Positions 60,009 through 64,000 of a stretch of DNA of 64,000 bases are shown piece by piece (position 1 is the stretch's first letter; the number at the start of each line of letters is the position of its first letter). The notes beneath the pieces were generated by a model. That model made no database searches. It was not told the origin of the DNA and saw only the letters and a list, made by a program, of their open reading frames with translations. The DNA lies in NCBI GenBank assembly GCA_900617105.1, contig UYFQ01000010.1:1-64000 (forward strand), read 5' to 3'. The stretch is from Hydrurus foetidus. Taxonomy: Eukaryota. The translations under genes and the position numbers were made by a program.

Positions 60009-61556
60009 ATGCTAGACAAGTTCCGGTCTTTCTTTTCCACGTCCAAGCCCCAACAGGCGGGCCTTGCCTCGCCTGAGAAGGGCGCGGCCGTTACGCTGCC
60101 GCCTCTGCCGCCCACGCCCAAGGTGCCCAACAAGGCGGTGGCGCTACCACCGTACAGCAAGCGCACGCCCACGACTTCGGGCGACCAGAAGCTGGTGGCT
60201 GCCGACCGGCGCACGGCCAACCTTGACCTGCTGACGCTGCGCAACGGCACGAGCACCAAGGCGACGATCCACGACCTGGCGCAGGTCAGCCCTGACCTGA
60301 GCGCTTCGGTCTGGGCGTACCAGCGCCTGGTGATCACGCGCAACTTCAGCGCCGTGGCCCGCAATCTCGACGGCACCATCAATGTGGATGCCACCAATCT
60401 GACGCAGCAGCTGCTGACGCGGATGAGCTACCTTACGGACTACACCGAGGGGTTCAACGGCATCTCTGGTATCCACGCCTTGGGCGAGACGCTGGCGCTG
60501 GAATTGCGCCTGTACGGATCGTGCGCGATGGAGCTGGTGCTCGACAAGGCCCGAGTGCCCAGTCGGTTTCAGCCCATCTCCACCACGCAGATCGACTTTT
60601 GGGATGACGGCACGGGCAGCCCGTACCCGATCCAGAAGATCAATGGCCAGGAAATAAACCTTGACCAGCCGACCTTCTTCTACGAGGCGTTGGATCAGGA
60701 TTTGCTGACGGCGTACAGCAGCTCGCCCATGGAGGCGTCCCTGCAGGCGGTGCTCGCTGACACGGAGTTCACCAATGACGTGCGGCGTGTGATTAAGCGC
60801 GCGCTGCACCCGCGCCTGGACGTGAGCATCGACCATGAGCTGTTCCGCAAGTCGGTGCCGCTGGACATCGCGCAGGACCCCGCGCAGGCCGCGTCGTTCC
60901 AGGCGAACTACGTGGCGGACATCGAGAGCACGGTCAACGGCCTCGAACCGGATGACGCGCTGGTGCACTTCGACGCGGTGACGTTCACCTACCTGAATAA
61001 CGGCAATGTGACCATCGGCAAGGAGTGGGAAACCCTCCAGGCCATGATCAATGCGAAGACCGCCACGGGCACGAAGGCGCCGCCTGCCGTACTTGGCCAC
61101 GGGTCTGGTAGCGCAAATATAGCGTCCACTGAGTCGACCCTCTTCGTGAAGTACGTCGAGGGCATCCAGCTCAAGGTCAATTCGATCATCTCGCGCGGGC
61201 TGACGCTGAGCGCGCGCCTGCTTGGCCAGGATGTCTACGTGCAGTTCGAGTTCGAGCGCGTGGACCTGCGGCCCGACAGCGAGCTTGAAGCCTTCAAGGC
61301 CATGAAGCAGTCCAGAGTCCTTGAGCAGCTGTCCATCGGCCTGATCTCAGACGAAGAGGCGTCCATCGCGCTGACCGGGCGCCTGCAGCCGCCTGGAGCC
61401 CCGAAGCTGAGCGGGACCTTTTTCAAGGCCGGCTCGACAGACCCCAACGCCGCCACAAATCCCCTGAGCAACACCGGTGCAACCAATGGCGGGCCGCAGG
61501 ACCAGCGGCCCTCTACCCCGACACAAAACAAGGGCCCTGTCCAAAGGGTGAAGTGA
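60009..61556 (+). CDS. Portal protein
   Basis: Size and position between TerL and protease. Confidence 0.75.
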   Translation: MLDKFRSFFSTSKPQQAGLASPEKGAAVTLPPLPPTPKVPNKAVALPPYSKRTPTTSGDQKLVAADRRTANLDLLTLRNGTSTKATIHDLAQVSPDLSASVWAYQRLVITRNFSAVARNLDGTINVDATNLTQQLLTRMSYLTDYTEGFNGISGIHALGETLALELRLYGSCAMELVLDKARVPSRFQPISTTQIDFWDDGTGSPYPIQKINGQEINLDQPTFFYEALDQDLLTAYSSSPMEASLQAVLADTEFTNDVRRVIKRALHPRLDVSIDHELFRKSVPLDIAQDPAQAASFQANYVADIESTVNGLEPDDALVHFDAVTFTYLNNGNVTIGKEWETLQAMINAKTATGTKAPPAVLGHGSGSANIASTESTLFVKYVEGIQLKVNSIISRGLTLSARLLGQDVYVQFEFERVDLRPDSELEAFKAMKQSRVLEQLSIGLISDEEASIALTGRLQPPGAPKLSGTFFKAGSTDPNAATNPLSNTGATNGGPQDQRPSTPTQNKGPVQRVK

Positions 61557-62992
61557 TGGATCTACTCGACATTCGATTCTGGGCTGGCACTGAGCAGTCG
61601 CTACTGTCCTACGTGGAAGCCGTCAAGCGCATCCAGTCGGACGGCACGCTGGCCAAGGCAGATAACTACGCGGCCAAGGAAGACCGACCACCGCGCCTGT
61701 TCTCGAAGCAAGGCGACGTTGGCGTGATCACCATCAGCGGTTCGTTGAACAACTCGTCCTCGTGGGTCAATGAGTACCTCGGCGCCACGGGCTACCCCGA
61801 GATCCGCGACGCGCTGATCCATGCGGCCAGCCACGACGGCGTGAAGGCCATCGCGCTGGACATCAAGTCCGGTGGCGGGCACGTGGCGGGCGTGGCCGAC
61901 ACAGCAGACCTCATCTCCACCATCGACTCCAGGGTCAAGCCGATCTACGCCTACTCCGATGGAATGATCGCGTCGGCCGCGTACTGGCTTGGCTCCAGCG
62001 CACGCACGCTCGACATCGGAAAGGTGACCGAGGCTGGCTCCATCGGTGTGCTGGTGGTGCACCAGGAGAACAGCAAGATGCTTGAGGACATTGGCATCAA
62101 GACCACTGTTGTGCGCTCCGGCAAATACAAGGCCCTGGGAACTTCCGTGGAACCCCTGGGTGAGCTTGGCCAGGCTGTTCTTCAAGGCCAGGTGAACAAG
62201 CTGAGCAGCATGTTCGACGAGCACGTAGCCCAGGCGCGCGGCACCACCGCGGCGGCCGTGTCCGAGAAGATGGGACAGGGTCGGGTGTTCATTGGGCAGG
62301 ACGCGGTGGACGTGGGCCTTGTGGATTCCGTCATGAATTTCGACAGCTTTATGTCAAAGGTGCAGGGGGGGATTGACTCTCAAAAGTCGCAGTCCAAGTA
62401 TGGCGCCAATTCTCCGAAAGGGACCCAATTGAAAACCGCACTGACCGAACAAGAAATCGCCGCGCTGGCCGCCGGGGGCGTACAGCCCACCGCCGAGCAG
62501 GTTGCTGCCGCAACTGCGGAGGCCGAAGTTAAGCGCGTAGCTGACGAAGCCTCTGCGGTCGAAGCCAAACGTGTTGCAGATGCTGCTGCGTCTCAGCCTA
62601 CCGAAGTTGTCGCCATGTTGCAGACGCAGCTGGCTACCGCGCAAGCCCAAGTGGTGACGCTGAGCGTGGACCTGGGGGCCGCCAAGGCTGCCTCGACTGC
62701 TGCTTCTGCATCTGCCGAAAAGTTGCGCCCCATCGTGCGCGCAGCGGTCGGCAATCTGCGTGTGGCCCTGGGTAACACCAGCGCCGGTGTGGATGCCCTG
62801 GCTGACGACGCCCTGATGGCTGAGCACGCCAACCTGGCTGCCCAGTTCGCAACCAAGTTCAAGTCCGGTGGCGTTGCTGCTGTGTCTTCTTCTGCTGAGT
62901 CTGATAGCTCGGCGGATGTCGTGAGCGAAGCCGGGCGGCAAAACCGCCTTGCAGTGATTCGCCAAGGCAGCAAGTCCAAAACCGCCAAATAA
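61553..62992 (+). CDS. S49 prohead protease with C-terminal scaffold region
   Basis: DIKSGGG, ASAAYWLGS, AGSIGV, SGKYK; Ala-rich coiled tail. Confidence 0.9.
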   Translation: MMDLLDIRFWAGTEQSLLSYVEAVKRIQSDGTLAKADNYAAKEDRPPRLFSKQGDVGVITISGSLNNSSSWVNEYLGATGYPEIRDALIHAASHDGVKAIALDIKSGGGHVAGVADTADLISTIDSRVKPIYAYSDGMIASAAYWLGSSARTLDIGKVTEAGSIGVLVVHQENSKMLEDIGIKTTVVRSGKYKALGTSVEPLGELGQAVLQGQVNKLSSMFDEHVAQARGTTAAAVSEKMGQGRVFIGQDAVDVGLVDSVMNFDSFMSKVQGGIDSQKSQSKYGANSPKGTQLKTALTEQEIAALAAGGVQPTAEQVAAATAEAEVKRVADEASAVEAKRVADAAASQPTEVVAMLQTQLATAQAQVVTLSVDLGAAKAASTAASASAEKLRPIVRAAVGNLRVALGNTSAGVDALADDALMAEHANLAAQFATKFKSGGVAAVSSSAESDSSADVVSEAGRQNRLAVIRQGSKSKTAK

Positions 62993-63004
62993 GGAGCAAA
63001 CACC

Positions 63005-63493
63005 ATGGCAAAGTTTCAAGCAAACGTTCTTCTGAACCCCTATCAGCCGAACCGGACTTTCCGCGTGTCGGACAGTTTGACCGCAGGCGTGTCCGCCTCT
63101 TGGTTGGACAAGGTTGACGCCGGCAAGCTGGTGAAGCTGACCGGTGACAGCCAGTACGGTCTGTGCGCAGTGGGTGACCAGATCGAAGGCTACCTGTCGA
63201 CAGCCAACGACGTGGCGCCCAACGACGGCTTCGCCCTGGGATCAGTGCAGGTTCAAGACCGCTTCAAGGTGACTCTGGACGGCCTGCAGGCTACTCCCGG
63301 CGTCGGCACCGTGGCAATCGGCGACTACGTGGTTGCTGGCACTGTGACTGCTCGTGGCACTGTCCTGCCAGGTCCTGTGAAGGTCTGCAAGGCTACTGCT
63401 GCAGCCAACACCCTGCTGTTCCGCTGGCGCGTCGTCTCCCTCCTGTCGGGTAACGGCGCTGTGGGCTCCATCGCGGTCGTCGAATTCGTCTAA
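63005..63493 (+). CDS. Head decoration/cement protein candidate
   Basis: Gly/Val beta-rich 162 aa between protease and capsid; AAGGAG RBS. Confidence 0.65.
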   Translation: MAKFQANVLLNPYQPNRTFRVSDSLTAGVSASWLDKVDAGKLVKLTGDSQYGLCAVGDQIEGYLSTANDVAPNDGFALGSVQVQDRFKVTLDGLQATPGVGTVAIGDYVVAGTVTARGTVLPGPVKVCKATAAANTLLFRWRVVSLLSGNGAVGSIAVVEFV

Positions 63494-63532
63494 CCGTCCC
63501 CTCAACCTCAGCCTAAAAGAAAAACAAAAATC

Positions 63533-64000
63533 ATGGCACAAGAACTCGTAGTTATCGACGCCAAGGGCGACAAGAACGCTGTTGACCTGAGCGTGGGCAT
63601 GTACAAGGAAGCTGCTGACGCTGGCCTCAGCCTGCGTCAGCACCTGGCGGTGGCCTACCCCACCAACGCTGACAAATTCGGCTCTGCTTACGAGCAGCTG
63701 TTGGAGCAGTGCGGCGTGTTCGTCAAGGGCAACAAGGACGCCGGCATCAAGGGCTCCACGATGGCAGACATGCTGGCGCCCAAAGAGGGTGCAGGCACGG
63801 CCATCACCCGTGAAGGCATCCCAGCGTCTCGTATCCTGTTCCCTGCAGTGATCCTGCAGGTGATCGAGGACAAGCTGCAGGTGGATTACTCCACCAACCC
63901 CAACGCCTTGTCCAGCATGATCGCTGTGGAAGACAACATCGAAGGCGACCGCTGGGAACGCCCGGTGTTGAACTTCACCAACCCAGAAGCTGCCCGCGGC
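63533..64000 (+). CDS. Major capsid protein (3'-truncated by window)
   Basis: Open to the edge: MAQELVVIDAKGDKNAVDLSVGMYKEAADAGLSL...SRILFPAVILQVIEDKL; positional. Confidence 0.75.
   Translation, partial: MAQELVVIDAKGDKNAVDLSVGMYKEAADAGLSLRQHLAVAYPTNADKFGSAYEQLLEQCGVFVKGNKDAGIKGSTMADMLAPKEGAGTAITREGIPASRILFPAVILQVIEDKLQVDYSTNPNALSSMIAVEDNIEGDRWERPVLNFTNPEAARG

Larger units (their letters stand above)
3994..64000. mobile_element. Large integrated prophage (tailed dsDNA phage); right end outside the window
   Basis: Integrase next to tRNA, phage replication genes, terminase/portal/protease/capsid, compositional shift. Confidence 0.95.

Overview
Bases 1-3993 are ordinary betaproteobacterial (Comamonadaceae-like) chromosome: the 3' part of clpX, lon, and a tRNA-Gly/Gly/Cys cluster. 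A large, visibly more GC-rich prophage starts right after tRNA-Cys and runs off the right edge, so attR is not in the window. It has four parts: (1) a tyrosine integrase; (2) a ~50 kb leftward arm with a lytic-style replication/recombination module (Pol I-like polymerase, AEP primase-helicase, SNF2 helicase, ligase, Rad50/Mre11, ThyX, dNMP kinase, a Top6A/Spo11-like protein, Tad1-like and ArdA-like anti-defence genes) and dozens of small hypothetical early genes; (3) a control region at ~52-56.8 kb; (4) a rightward head module (TerS, HNH, GpA-type TerL, portal, S49 protease, decoration protein, capsid). The most unusual signals are non-coding: 14 copies of a covarying pentaloop hairpin, mostly fused to the RBS of early genes; about 21 polarised copies of the 10-mer CCCGACAACG; a symmetric 243-bp inverted-repeat/IHF element beside a sigma54-type site; a ~900-nt hairpin-dense ORF-free stretch; and a gene built from 21 nucleotide-perfect repeats. 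All calls come from motif recognition by eye; no searches were run.
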